From an uncultured Verrucomicrobiae bacterium (lineage in GTDB: Bacteria > Verrucomicrobiota > Verrucomicrobiia > Chthoniobacterales > Chthoniobacteraceae), in contig CAWIKF010000002.1 in NCBI GenBank assembly GCA_963836755.1, positions 1,536,001-1,600,000 on the forward strand: a DNA stretch of 64,000 nucleotides. The letters run 5' to 3'. The translations under genes and the position numbers were made by a program. The notes under the pieces are model-generated. The model was not told the origin of the DNA. It did no database searches and saw only the letters and a program-made list of their open reading frames with translations. Position 1 is the stretch's first letter. Every line of letters starts with the position of its first letter. Below are positions 53,458 to 63,618 of the stretch, piece after piece.

Positions 53458-54648
53458 CTACTGCTTTTCGATCCAATCGAGCACCGCATCGACCTGCGCG
53501 CGGCCTTGCCGCAGGAAGAAGTTTGACGCGCGTCCGAAACTTTTCATGCCGAGCGTGAAGTAACCCGGCTCGGGATGCAGGAGAGTTTCCGCGCCGCAGC
53601 GGCCGGTTTCAAAGCAATCGTCGGTGCTGTTCGTCTCCATCACCGCCGCCAACCGATTCGCACCCTCCGTCGCGTATGATGTGTGCGTTTGCAACTCGCG
53701 CGTCATATCGAGTTCGGGACGAAAACCGACGGCAGCGATGATCCGATCAACGACGATCTTTGCCGGCCCGCCAAAAGCACGGAGCGTCACCGTTAATCCC
53801 TCCTCGCCCGGATGCAGCGCAAGCACCGTGCTCTCGCGGCGAAAATCAATGCCGTCCGAATCGACGAGGTCATTCACGAGCGCGGCCAGCTGATCGCGCT
53901 CGGGCAGGGGATCATCTTCCACGCGCGGGCACGGCGGAATGACGTCGCGGCGCGCAGCCCAAATAATCTTCGTTTCGGGAGCGGTTTTGCGCAGCTCCGC
54001 AAGGTCGCGCACGGCGGTCGCGGCGGAATAGCCCGAGCCGACAACGAGCACGCGTCGGTTTTCATAGAGCCGCCGTTGACGCCCGAGCAGATCGACCGGC
54101 CCGTAGGAAATGAAGGACTTCGCCGCGCTCTCGCCGACCGCCGGAATGCCGCCATCGCCGAGCGGATTCGGTGTTTGAAAAGTTCCGGTGCAGTCAAAAA
54201 CGATCTCCGCGTCCTCGGCCCATTCGCGTGCGCCGCGGCGCAGCAGCAGGCGAAAACCGCTCTCCATGCGCGACGGCTCGCCGACTTGATCCTTTTTCAA
54301 AATCTCGCCTCGGCCTACGGCGACGACTTCGACATTCGTGTGAAGGATTTCCTCGCCGAGGCTCTCAGCCAGCGGCGCGAGATATTGCGCGACAAATTCG
54401 GTGCCGGTCAAAAGTTCGTCGGGGTCCGGCAACGGCTGTTGTCGCTTTTTTAAACGTTCGATGCCGCGCAGCGAGACGTTCATGCCGAAAGGCGAAAACA
54501 TCCGCACGTGTCCCCAGCGGCGCACCGATTCGCCAGGCTCGCCAAGCTCGAAAACATTGACGCGATGTCCATAACTCATCGCGGCCACGGCGGCCTCGAG
54601 CCCGATTGGGCCAGCTCCGAGAATCGCGATGCGCTGCCGAATTTTCAT
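53458..54648 (-). CDS. FAD-dependent oxidoreductase (flavoprotein monooxygenase-like)
   Basis: GAGPIG, WGHVRMFSP, VVGSGYSA and GMKSFGR. Confidence 0.85.
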   Translation of the reverse strand: MKIRQRIAILGAGPIGLEAAVAAMSYGHRVNVFELGEPGESVRRWGHVRMFSPFGMNVSLRGIERLKKRQQPLPDPDELLTGTEFVAQYLAPLAESLGEEILHTNVEVVAVGRGEILKKDQVGEPSRMESGFRLLLRRGAREWAEDAEIVFDCTGTFQTPNPLGDGGIPAVGESAAKSFISYGPVDLLGRQRRLYENRRVLVVGSGYSAATAVRDLAELRKTAPETKIIWAARRDVIPPCPRVEDDPLPERDQLAALVNDLVDSDGIDFRRESTVLALHPGEEGLTVTLRAFGGPAKIVVDRIIAAVGFRPELDMTRELQTHTSYATEGANRLAAVMETNSTDDCFETGRCGAETLLHPEPGYFTLGMKSFGRASNFFLRQGRAQVDAVLDWIEKQ

Positions 54649-54802
54649 GATTGAATTTGGTTCACCTTTCTTTTTTCATTCGGACTCGCATTTCATCTTG
54701 CGCGTCGTTCGGAGAAGGTTGGAGCGGCGGGCGCCGATCGCAATGTTTCACAATTGAGAGAGCGAAGAGCATGCCGGATACGAAAATTTCTGCGAAGTGC
54801 GA

Positions 54803-54832
54803 TTGACAGTGATTATAAAAACCGTAATTATC
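54803..54832 (+). promoter_or_regulatory. Probable promoter in an AT-rich tract, possibly overlapping a repressor box
   Basis: Perfect TTGACA with AATTAT 17 bp downstream; overlapping TGATTAT…TAATTATCA. Confidence 0.35.
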
Positions 54833-54885
54833 AAACAAATCAAGCGCCGCCTCGGCGTGCAGCGCATCAGCGGAAAAACTTCATC

Positions 54886-55107
54886 ATGAATCAAAAGTAT
54901 AAGGCTGTTTGCTGGCTCTGCCTGACGATTTTGATCACGGCCGGTTTGAAATATGTGCCGACGTATCTCGTGCAGGAGCGCGCGCTGGACCAGCAGGATC
55001 GGGTCATTGATCTAAAGGAGCGCGCTTATCTCCAGGCCACCGGCACAGCGCCGACGATCTCGATTCCCGCACCAGTCAAAGCTGCTGCACCTTCACAGCT
55101 TCTCTAA
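54886..55107 (+). CDS. Small single-TM hypothetical protein
   Basis: MNQKYKAVCWLCLTILITAG…; preceded by the promoter-like sequence. Confidence 0.55.
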   Translation: MNQKYKAVCWLCLTILITAGLKYVPTYLVQERALDQQDRVIDLKERAYLQATGTAPTISIPAPVKAAAPSQLL

Positions 55108-55135
55108 ATTTCCGCGGCAACTCTGTCGCTTCGGA

Positions 55136-55408
55136 TCAAAATTCCGACTCGCCGTCGTCGGAACTAAGGCCGTTTTCGCGCATCGCTTCGCGGATCTGCT
55201 CCAGCAACCGCAGCTTCGTCCCGGGATGCGGCGCGTGCGGACGCAGGCTTAACGCGAAAATCGCGTTGAGTTTGCGACATTCGTTGATGAACTCCTCGGC
55301 CGGGTCGCCGAATTCCCGACGCGCATCCACAAACTCGTCCATCTCCTCCGCCTCGAGCGCGCCGACGACATACAGGCGCGCTTTGTTTTCAAACTCATCA
55401 AAATTCAT
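55136..55408 (-). CDS. Short anti-sigma-factor-like protein (RskA N-terminal-like)
   Basis: ARLYVVGALEAEEMDEF…P-x-P-x-TKLRLL; overlaps the sigma-factor stop. Confidence 0.65.
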   Translation of the reverse strand: MNFDEFENKARLYVVGALEAEEMDEFVDARREFGDPAEEFINECRKLNAIFALSLRPHAPHPGTKLRLLEQIREAMRENGLSSDDGESEF

Positions 55409-55991
55409 TTTCGAGACCTTTGAGAGCTTCGGAGATTTTTTTAAGTCCAAGTTCGAGACGGGTTTTAATGGTTCCCAAAGGAATATTCGTATGTGCGGCG
55501 ATTTCGCGCTGACTCATTCCCTTAAAATATGAAAGCTCGATCGCCTGCATCTGCAGCGGCGGCAGCGCGCTCATGACTTTGTAGAGCAAATGCCGCGTGT
55601 CCGAGCTCTCGATATCACCGTCAGAAGTATTGTGCACCCACGCCTCCGGTTGCTGCTCAGGCTCCTGCTGGAGCCGTTCTTCGGCCCGCGCGTAAGCCTG
55701 GCGTTTGCGCAGCCGATCGATCGAGCGACGCCGCGCGAGCGTGACGATCCAGCCAAGCGGCTTTCCTTTTTTCGCGGAAAAGTTCTGCGCGTGATTCCAG
55801 ATCTCCATGAAAATTTCCTGCAGCAAATCATCCGCCTCCGACTCGTTGTGAATGATCCGCATGATCAGCGCTTTCAAAATTCCGCTGTAGCGATCGTAGA
55901 GCGATGTCAGCGCCTCCGCTCGCCGCTGCTGGATTCCAAGCATCAAATCCTCGTCGCTTGCCTCACCGGGCTTCAAATCAGGATGCGTCAT
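55398..55991 (-). CDS. ECF sigma-70 factor (SigK-like)
   Basis: LYDRY, DDLLQEIF, ARRRSIDRLR and SQREIA…PLGTIKTR. Confidence 0.93.
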   Translation of the reverse strand: MTHPDLKPGEASDEDLMLGIQQRRAEALTSLYDRYSGILKALIMRIIHNESEADDLLQEIFMEIWNHAQNFSAKKGKPLGWIVTLARRRSIDRLRKRQAYARAEERLQQEPEQQPEAWVHNTSDGDIESSDTRHLLYKVMSALPPLQMQAIELSYFKGMSQREIAAHTNIPLGTIKTRLELGLKKISEALKGLENEF

Positions 55992-56073
55992 TTTTTTCAG
56001 TCGGGAAAAAGGTTTAGTGGTTGCGGGAGCATTCGTTTAATGAAAAAAGTCCCGCTTCTCAATCACGACAGCC

Positions 56074-57249
56074 ATGTTGAACAAAAAATTTCCGCGCCTT
56101 CTTCCTGAGCCGATTCGCAAAAACATGCGCGTTGACGCGCTCATCGACACTGCTTTTAAAGCCTACAACGGCGGGCGTCTCGCGGAAGCGTGCCGGCTTT
56201 TCACGCAAAAAATGCTCCCGCGCAACGGTGCCGTCGGCCTCTCCATCACCGGCGCGCTCACGCCCGCGGGGCTCGGCAAGGCCGCGATCATCCCGCTGAT
56301 GAAAGCCGGCTTCGTCGATTGGATCGTCTCGACCGGCGCGAACCTTTACCACGATCTCCACTTCGGCCTCGGCATGGAGTTATACGCAGGCTCACCTTTT
56401 TTAAACGATGTGGAACTGCGCCACGACGGCGTCATCCGCATCTACGACGTGCTTTTCAGCTACGACGTGCTGCTCGATACCGATGCATTTGTGCGACAGG
56501 TCATCCAGGAACCGGAGTTCAAAAAAACGATGGCGACCGACGAGTTTCATCATCGCCTCGGGCGTTACGTTTATGAGCGCGAGCGCAAACTTGGCTTGAA
56601 AGAAACCAGCGTCCTCAGCGCCGCGTATCAGTTTGGAGTTCCGATATTTACTAGCTCGCCGGGCGATTCCTCCATCGGCATGAATGTCGCCGCGATGGCT
56701 TTGCGCGGAAGCGGCCTTCAATTCGATGTGAATCGCGATGTTAATCAAACGGCAGCGATTGTTTATGATGCGAAATCGCGCGGCCTCACCAGCAGCGTTT
56801 TCATCTTGGGCGGCGGCTCGCCGAAAAATTTCATCCTGCAAACCGAGCCGCAAATCCAGGAAGTGATGGGTATCGAAGAGCGCGGGCACGATTACTTTTT
56901 GCAATGCACGGACGCGCGTCCGGACACTGGCGGTCTCAGCGGCGCGACGCCCGCCGAAGCGGTGAGCTGGGGCAAAATTGATCCCGATACGCTCCCGGAC
57001 TGTGTCGTCTGCTATCTCGACAGCACGGTGGCGCTGCCGCTCATCACCGCTTACGCGCTCAGCAAAGTCGCCCCGCGTTCGCGCAAAAAACTCTACGATT
57101 CCCGCGATGCAATCTACGAAAAACTTTGCACGCAATACTTCAAGCATGGCCGCGTCGAAAAAATCGAGCACCGCACCGACGTCAAACAACCGAGAGCAAA
57201 GCGCAACTCCACCGGCCGCGCGGTTCTCACTCAGCGCGCCGCGAAGTAA
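56074..57249 (+). CDS. Deoxyhypusine synthase-like protein (homospermidine synthesis, SpeY-like)
   Basis: [22 protein letters not shown] and [16 protein letters not shown]. Confidence 0.9.
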   Translation: MLNKKFPRLLPEPIRKNMRVDALIDTAFKAYNGGRLAEACRLFTQKMLPRNGAVGLSITGALTPAGLGKAAIIPLMKAGFVDWIVSTGANLYHDLHFGLGMELYAGSPFLNDVELRHDGVIRIYDVLFSYDVLLDTDAFVRQVIQEPEFKKTMATDEFHHRLGRYVYERERKLGLKETSVLSAAYQFGVPIFTSSPGDSSIGMNVAAMALRGSGLQFDVNRDVNQTAAIVYDAKSRGLTSSVFILGGGSPKNFILQTEPQIQEVMGIEERGHDYFLQCTDARPDTGGLSGATPAEAVSWGKIDPDTLPDCVVCYLDSTVALPLITAYALSKVAPRSRKKLYDSRDAIYEKLCTQYFKHGRVEKIEHRTDVKQPRAKRNSTGRAVLTQRAAK

Positions 57250-57252
57250 TTC

Positions 57253-58273
57253 TCAGCACCAACTTTTTCCCAATCGCTTCCTTTTTCCAAAAAGCAGCAC
57301 TCCGCCGCCGAGAAACAAACTCCAAACGCCCGGTTCCGGCACGACGCTGTAAACAGTGGTGTCGTAGTTGAAATCGGTCACGCCGACGACGATTTGCGTG
57401 CCGTCAGTGGCGACGCCGCTGAGGTATCCGCCGCTATCGATACTGCCGATCTGCTGCCCGGCGCCGGTGGTGAGATTGTAGAGGCTGATCGTGTTGCCGG
57501 CGGTCTCGGCTTGCAGGAGGGTGTTCGCCGTCCTTGAGAGCAAAAAACGAGTTGCTCGCGTCGGTGATGAACGGCGTATAGTTTTGCAGACTCAATTGCG
57601 TTTGCGTGGCGACTGCGCTGGCGAGCTCGGCTGCGGGAATGCGGTAGATGCCGATTTTGTTCGCAGGGAGGCTGCCGAAGGAGGTCGAGCCGTAGAGAAG
57701 ATTGCCTGCGGCGTCAAACGCGATGGGGCCGGAGGCGTCGCCGCCGGTGTCGAGCACTGCCGTGGCCACGCCGCCAGAGAGCTTGAAGATCTGCGCGTCG
57801 CCCGTGAAGGTGCTGGAATTGTAGTTCGGGTTGGCGGAGAGATAAACGCCGGATGCGGTAGCTGCGAGCGAGTAGTTGTTAGCGACCGAGGCGACTGGAG
57901 TGACGCTCTTAGTCTGCATGTCGTAAGCCTTGATGGCGTCGTTGGCGCCGTAATAAACCGTCTGCCCGACCGGCACGACGAAAGCTCCGTAGTTGACAGT
58001 GCCGTCGCCAGTTACCGTCGAAGGGCTTTGCGTGGCGGCGCTGAATTCCCGGATAACGGTCTGGACGCTGCCGTTGAAGCTGTTCGTTTCAATGTAGTAA
58101 ATGTTGCCGGACGGGTCAGCGTTGAGCGCAGAGAGTCCGAGGACGTAGGATCCGTTGCCGTTGACGGTAAACAACGGCGTAGCCGAATAGCCGTTGGCGA
58201 GGGTCAGTGTTTGCGCGAGGGCGCAGTGGAGCGCTGCAAGGCCGAGGCCGAGCGCGAGGAGTATCTTTTTCAT
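57253..58273 (-). CDS. PEP-CTERM surface protein (beta-propeller-like), frameshifted at ~57530-57547
   Basis: Signal peptide MKKILLALGLG. After a +1 shift the frame ends VVPEPGVWSLFLGGGVLLFGKRKR (PEP, TM, basic cluster). Confidence 0.8.
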
Positions 58274-58415
58274 TTTTCCAGTCTCTATGTTTGGAGAGAC
58301 CAGAACGCGGGCGCGCAGAAGGCGATTGCCCGCGCTTTGCTGATCCCTCATTGCTTCTTTTTGCGAAGAAGGTGCGCCGGCCCGCACACGCGGCGGCGCG
58401 AATGAGAGTGGGCTG

Positions 58416-58595
58416 GGCAAATGTTCTGACTCCTGGCTTGCGGCGAACTTTTTCTGAAAAAGCTCGCGCACCTTTTTCCCGCCTTCACCACGTTTGTTTG
58501 GACAAACGCAATTGGCCTTTGGGAAATCGTATCCAGTCACAGCAGCGCAACTGCTCCCGATTCTCACGGGATTTCTTGCTTCAGCTCACTAATTC
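58416..58595 (-). ncRNA. Cobalamin riboswitch
   Basis: Minus strand reads AAGAAATCCCGTGAGAATCGGGAGCAGTTGCGCTGCTGTGA…GCCAATTG…GAAGGC…CCAGGAGTCAGAACATTTGCC (B12-box-like), ~140 nt upstream of the PEP-CTERM start. Confidence 0.82.
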
Positions 58596-58667
58596 TTGAA
58601 ATCGCAAAGAACTGCGGCCGTCTTAATCGCGCCAAATTTGCGGTGCAAGAATTTTTTTCCGCGCGCT

Positions 58668-61600
58668 CTACGCGAGCTGGCTTTGCACGAAATCGTGGTA
58701 GATGAGCGTGTCGTTATTTTTCGCCTCGAGCACATCGTGCACGACGTGCCCAAGGTCGGTGATTTCATACGGCTTCGCGATGCAGGCGCAGAAGCCATAT
58801 TCCTTGTAGCGGCTCATGACCGGATCAGTCGCGTAGCCGCTGGAGACGATTGCTTTCACGGTTGGATCGATCTCGATCAATTTTTTCACCGCTTCCGCGC
58901 CGCCCATGCCGCCGGGAATGGTGAGGTCACTGATGACGGCGTCAAATTTTTCGCCACGTTCCTGCGATTCCTTGTAAAGGCGGATGGCCGTCAGCGCGTC
59001 GTTCGCCGAAGTGACCTGATAGCCGAGCGGCGTGAGCGCGCTGGTGACGATGTCGCAGATCGCCTCCTCATCATCGAGGACAAGGAGCCTGCCTTTGCCC
59101 ATCATCGGCTCAGCCTTTTGTGGTTTGGAGAACGAAATTTCCTTGTCCGTCGCCGGCAGATAAATCGCGAATGTCGAGCCGACGCCGACCTTGGACTCGA
59201 CCGTGATCTGCCCCTCATGATTTTTTACGATCGAATATGAAGTCGCGAGTCCGAGGCCGCTTCCTTTTGGCTTCGTGGTAAAATACGGATCAAAAATCTT
59301 TTTGAGATATTCCTCGGGAATGCCGATGCCTTCATCGGCAATCGTGATTTTCACATACTTGCCGGGGCGCAGCGGCGAGAGTGCGGCAGTCTCCTCGAGT
59401 AGTTGGAAATTTTCGCAATGGACGCGCAACGTGCCGCCGGCCGGCATCGCTTGTTCCGCGTTGATCGTCAAATTATTGACGACCTGGCTGATCTGCCCGG
59501 CATCAATTTCGACCGGCCAAAGATTGTCGGGCAGCGTGAAATCGTGACGGATATTGCTGCCGCGCAGCGAAAACGAAACCGTGTCGTCGATGAGCTGACC
59601 GATGGACGCCGTCTTCTTGATCGGCGCGCCACCCTTTGCAAACGTGAGCAATTGCTGTGCAAGTTCCTGCGCGCGCAACGAAGCTTTTTTCGCGGTGGTG
59701 AGACGATCGTGCGTTTCCTCGCCCGCCGGAATGTGGATGAGGCAGAGTGAAAGATTGCCGATAATCGCCGTTAATAGGTTGTTAAAATCGTGTGCGATGC
59801 CGCCGGCGGCGACGCCAAGCGACTCGAGCTTCTCCGCCTTGCGCCGCTCGGATTCGAGATGCTCTTTTTCGGTGATGTCGCGGAAGACTAGCACGACGCC
59901 GAGCTTGGAATTTTTCCGATCGCGAATGGGCGATGCGCTGATCTCGACGAGCCGCTCGGTTCCGTCGCGCGAGACAATGATTCCGTGCGACGCGGAGCCG
60001 ACGACCGAGCCGGTCTCGATGATCCGCTCGACCACAGCTTGCGACGGCTTGCGCGTCCGTTCGTTGAGGATGTGAAAAATTTCCACGAGCGGGCGCCCGA
60101 TGACCGACTCTTGCTTACAGCCGGTGAGGCGCTCGGCGACGTTGTTGATCATCACGGCATTGCCCTCGACATCGGTCGCGATGAAACCGTCCCCGATCGA
60201 TCGCAGCGTGACCGCGAGCCGCTCTTTTTCCGCGTTCAAATCTTCCTCGAAACGTTTCCGCTCAATCTCGGCGGCGGCGCGCGCAGCGAAAATCTGCAGC
60301 GTGGATTCCGCGATCTGCATGTTCTCCATTGGCTTCGTGTCGATGACGCCCATCAGCCCGACCGTCTTGCCCTTGTGATCGACGAGCGGCATCGCGATGA
60401 AGCTTGCTGCGTCGAGTTCCTTGAGGACGTCGTCTTTTGGAAATGCCTCGCGCACGTCGCGCGGGTAAGCGCGAAAACCTTTTTTGAGCGCCTCGTCGCA
60501 CGCGGTGTTTGCGAGTTTGTAATTCGTCTTGCTCCGGATCGTGCCGTGCTCGGCGATGACCAGCGTGCACGCGTTGTCGTCGCTGCTTTTGTTGATCGTC
60601 TCAACCACGAATGCGAAGTCGCTCTGCAGTGCCTTCGACAATTGTTTGACAAGTGAGCGGACGAACTCCTCACCGGTCGACGAGGAAACGCCGAGGCCGA
60701 TGTGCTTGAGCGTTTCCTCCGAACGCTTCCGCTCAGTCACATCGCGGATGAGCGCGACAAAATTCCGCTTCGTATCCACCTTCATTTCGCTCAGCGAAAT
60801 TTCGATCGGGAACGGATAGTAACCCTGGCGATGGCCCATCGCCATCATCGTGCCGCGTCCGAGTTGCGCCATGTCGTGCAGAAAAAGTCGCTGCGGGATG
60901 ATCCTCGAAATGGTCTGGCCGACCATCTCTTTGGCGACGTAGCCGAACATTCTTTCCGCCGCCGGATTCATCGATTTTACGAGGCCTTGCTCGTTCATCG
61001 TGATCACGCCGTCGAGCGTCGTCTCGATGATGGACCGCGTTTGCGCCTCAGCGCTTTCAATCTTTTTCAAATGCCGCGCGTAGGCGATGAAACTATACCA
61101 ACTCGATGCGATCAAAACTCCAATCGCCAAAAGGCAAACGACCGCGAAGCCGCATGTCTTAAGGGCTCGCGCTAGCTCAGCGTGCGTCTCTGTCTTTTCA
61201 TAAATAGACATTTCATCGCGCTCAAACTCGTTCACGAGGGTCCGGATGCCGTCCATGATTTGCTTGCCGTTGTCATGCGTGACGAGGGCGGTGACATTGC
61301 GCTTTGACTGCTTCGCGGTCATCGCCGGCAGAGCCGCGTCGCGCTGCCACGAATCAAGGTCAGTGCGGATCTTTGAAAGTTTTGCCAGCGCGGCAGGCGA
61401 TTCGCTCAGCAGCACCGTGAGGTGTCCGTGATACGCGTAAAAGTCGGCGGACGCGCGCTTGTAAATATCGAGACAACTTTGATCGCCGGTGAGGAGATAA
61501 TCCCATTCAGCCTTTTCCATTTCGGAGACGACGCTTTCGAGTTTCGGCGCATAAACGAGCACCTGGAATCCTCTGTCCGCGCTGGTTTGTTCTCTATTGG

Positions 61601-62165
61601 GGCTGTTCAGCGTGTTCTGCGCGATGCGCTCGATCGTTTCCAATGTGCTCCTCGAAAGGTCGAGGAGTGAACGGCCGCGCCCGTTGGCCGGCTCCGCCAC
61701 GAAGCTCACCGGATCCTGGCGGCGCTTTTCGACAGCCGGAGTCGCAACGGTCTTCGTCCACTTGTCGATCGTTCGTTTTACCTCCAGCACGCGTTCACGC
61801 TGCGCGGCGTCATCAATGAAAACTCGCGCGAGCTCGTCGAGCCGCGTCCGGATCAGAGCGGATCTGCGGTCAAAAGTTTCGAGATACGAAGGCTGACCCG
61901 TGAGCAGAAACGCGCGGTTGTTGGTTTCGAGATTTGCGACGTCGTTCTCGATTTTGTTGGTGTCGCGCAGGATGCCAAGCGTCCGCGCGCGCTCGAGTTC
62001 CACATTGTGATCGCGCACAGCGACGGCGAGGAAAGTGGCGGCGAGCATCGTGATGGCGAAGACGCCAACGAGCGAGGAGCCGAGCAACTTTGCGTAGAAA
62101 CAATCTTCCGCCATCACGAGGGAGCGGAATTTTTTGAGGACAGCGATCTTATCGGAAAAGCCCAT
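58668..62165 (-). CDS. Hybrid sensor kinase (2x CHASE3, PAS, GAF, PAS, HisKA/HATPase, REC)
   Basis: ETNNRAFLLTG and WDYLLTG CHASE3 repeats; AHDFNNLL, FTTKPKGSGLGL and SDLTIPG. Confidence 0.92.
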   Translation of the reverse strand: MGFSDKIAVLKKFRSLVMAEDCFYAKLLGSSLVGVFAITMLAATFLAVAVRDHNVELERARTLGILRDTNKIENDVANLETNNRAFLLTGQPSYLETFDRRSALIRTRLDELARVFIDDAAQRERVLEVKRTIDKWTKTVATPAVEKRRQDPVSFVAEPANGRGRSLLDLSRSTLETIERIAQNTLNSPNREQTSADRGFQVLVYAPKLESVVSEMEKAEWDYLLTGDQSCLDIYKRASADFYAYHGHLTVLLSESPAALAKLSKIRTDLDSWQRDAALPAMTAKQSKRNVTALVTHDNGKQIMDGIRTLVNEFERDEMSIYEKTETHAELARALKTCGFAVVCLLAIGVLIASSWYSFIAYARHLKKIESAEAQTRSIIETTLDGVITMNEQGLVKSMNPAAERMFGYVAKEMVGQTISRIIPQRLFLHDMAQLGRGTMMAMGHRQGYYPFPIEISLSEMKVDTKRNFVALIRDVTERKRSEETLKHIGLGVSSSTGEEFVRSLVKQLSKALQSDFAFVVETINKSSDDNACTLVIAEHGTIRSKTNYKLANTACDEALKKGFRAYPRDVREAFPKDDVLKELDAASFIAMPLVDHKGKTVGLMGVIDTKPMENMQIAESTLQIFAARAAAEIERKRFEEDLNAEKERLAVTLRSIGDGFIATDVEGNAVMINNVAERLTGCKQESVIGRPLVEIFHILNERTRKPSQAVVERIIETGSVVGSASHGIIVSRDGTERLVEISASPIRDRKNSKLGVVLVFRDITEKEHLESERRKAEKLESLGVAAGGIAHDFNNLLTAIIGNLSLCLIHIPAGEETHDRLTTAKKASLRAQELAQQLLTFAKGGAPIKKTASIGQLIDDTVSFSLRGSNIRHDFTLPDNLWPVEIDAGQISQVVNNLTINAEQAMPAGGTLRVHCENFQLLEETAALSPLRPGKYVKITIADEGIGIPEEYLKKIFDPYFTTKPKGSGLGLATSYSIVKNHEGQITVESKVGVGSTFAIYLPATDKEISFSKPQKAEPMMGKGRLLVLDDEEAICDIVTSALTPLGYQVTSANDALTAIRLYKESQERGEKFDAVISDLTIPGGMGGAEAVKKLIEIDPTVKAIVSSGYATDPVMSRYKEYGFCACIAKPYEITDLGHVVHDVLEAKNNDTLIYHDFVQSQLA

Positions 62166-62237
62166 GGTTGCAGCTTTCCTAAGCTAATCCCGTGCCCGGG
62201 CGCTGCGCCGTTTTCGCCCCTTTAACGGACTGCAGAT

Positions 62238-62768
62238 TTAGTATTTCAGGAACGACCGCACCGCGACTGATTCTAGGTTTTTGCGCCCGTGCAAAAACTC
62301 GAGCTCGATCAAGAATTGCGCCTCGAGCAGCTCGCCGCCCATTTTCTTGATCAATTTCACTGCGGCCGCCGAAGTGCCGCCGGTCGCGAGCAAATCGTCG
62401 ATGAGCACGACTTTCTCGCCGGGCGTGATGGCGTCAATGTGCATCTCGACGCACGATTCGCCGTATTCCAGCGTGTAGCTCGCCGCCTCGGTTCGGAACG
62501 GGAGCTTCCCTTTTTTCCGCACCGGCACGAAGCCTGCGCCGAGCTCATACGCGACCGCGGCGCCAAACAAAAATCCGCGAGCGTCAATGCCGACAATCTT
62601 GTCGATTTGTTTCTCGGCGCAAGCATCAACGAAAACCTCGATCGCATTCTTGAAAAGTTTTCCGCTCGCGAGAATCGGCGTGATGTCCTTGAACAAAACT
62701 CCCTGCTTCGGGAAATCGGGGACGTCGCGCACGGCTCGCGAAAGCTCGGAGATGCGGTCGTGATTCAT
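62238..62768 (-). CDS. apt: Adenine phosphoribosyltransferase
   Basis: PDFPKQGVLFKDIT, ARGF, RKKGKLP and IDDLLATGGT. Confidence 0.96.
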   Translation of the reverse strand: MNHDRISELSRAVRDVPDFPKQGVLFKDITPILASGKLFKNAIEVFVDACAEKQIDKIVGIDARGFLFGAAVAYELGAGFVPVRKKGKLPFRTEAASYTLEYGESCVEMHIDAITPGEKVVLIDDLLATGGTSAAAVKLIKKMGGELLEAQFLIELEFLHGRKNLESVAVRSFLKY

Positions 62769-62877
62769 GCGCGGCGGTTGTGGCAGAAAGCGCGGCGCGG
62801 CGCAAGTGCGCGAGAATTTCCGCGGGCTCATCGGCTGCCGTCTTGCGTCGCGCGAAGTGGCGTGTCAAAAGCTGCGC

Positions 62878-63618
62878 ATGTCTCCTGCCGTTTCGACGCG
62901 AAAATTTACGCCGCTCGACGAGCTCGTTCACGAGCAGATCGATGAGGAGGATTACAAGCACAAGCTCAAGCAGGAGCAGATCAAGCTGCTGGAACTCCAG
63001 CGCAGCCTGGAGCAGACGGAACGCTCGCTCGTCATCGTGCTCGAGGGTCCGGACGCGGCGGGGAAGGGCGGCGCGATCAAGCGCGTGGTCGAGCGGCTCG
63101 ATCCGCGCGTCGTGCGAGTTTATTCCATCATCAAGCCGACCGAGGAAGAGTTTCGTCATCATTATATGTGGCGCTTCTGGACAAAGTTGCCGGGCGATGG
63201 TGACGTCGCGATTTTCGACCGCTCGTGGTATGGCCGCGTGCTCGTGGAGCGCGTCGAGGGATTCGCGACCGAGGACGAATGGCGGCGCGCGTATCGCGAG
63301 ATTAACGAGTTTGAAAAAACGCTGACCGACGCCGGAACGGTGATCGTGAAATTCTATCTCCACATCACGAAAGACGAGCAGCTCGAGCGTTTCAAAAAGC
63401 GGGAGTCCGATCCGCTCAAGCATTGGAAAATCAGCGACGAAGATTGGCGCAATCGCAAAAAGTGGGACGAGCACAATCTGGCCGCGCAGGAAATGTTCGC
63501 GCGCACTTCGATGCCAAACGCGCGCTGGCATGTCTTCGGCGCAAATTACAAAAGGTGGGCGCGATTGAAAGTCGTGAAGACAGTGGTCAAGGCGCTGGAA
63601 AAAGCGGGGCTGCCGTGA
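62878..63618 (+). CDS. ppk2: Polyphosphate kinase 2 family protein
   Basis: EGPDAAGKGG, FDRSWYGRVLVERV and WKISDEDW. Confidence 0.93.
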   Translation: MSPAVSTRKFTPLDELVHEQIDEEDYKHKLKQEQIKLLELQRSLEQTERSLVIVLEGPDAAGKGGAIKRVVERLDPRVVRVYSIIKPTEEEFRHHYMWRFWTKLPGDGDVAIFDRSWYGRVLVERVEGFATEDEWRRAYREINEFEKTLTDAGTVIVKFYLHITKDEQLERFKKRESDPLKHWKISDEDWRNRKKWDEHNLAAQEMFARTSMPNARWHVFGANYKRWARLKVVKTVVKALEKAGLP

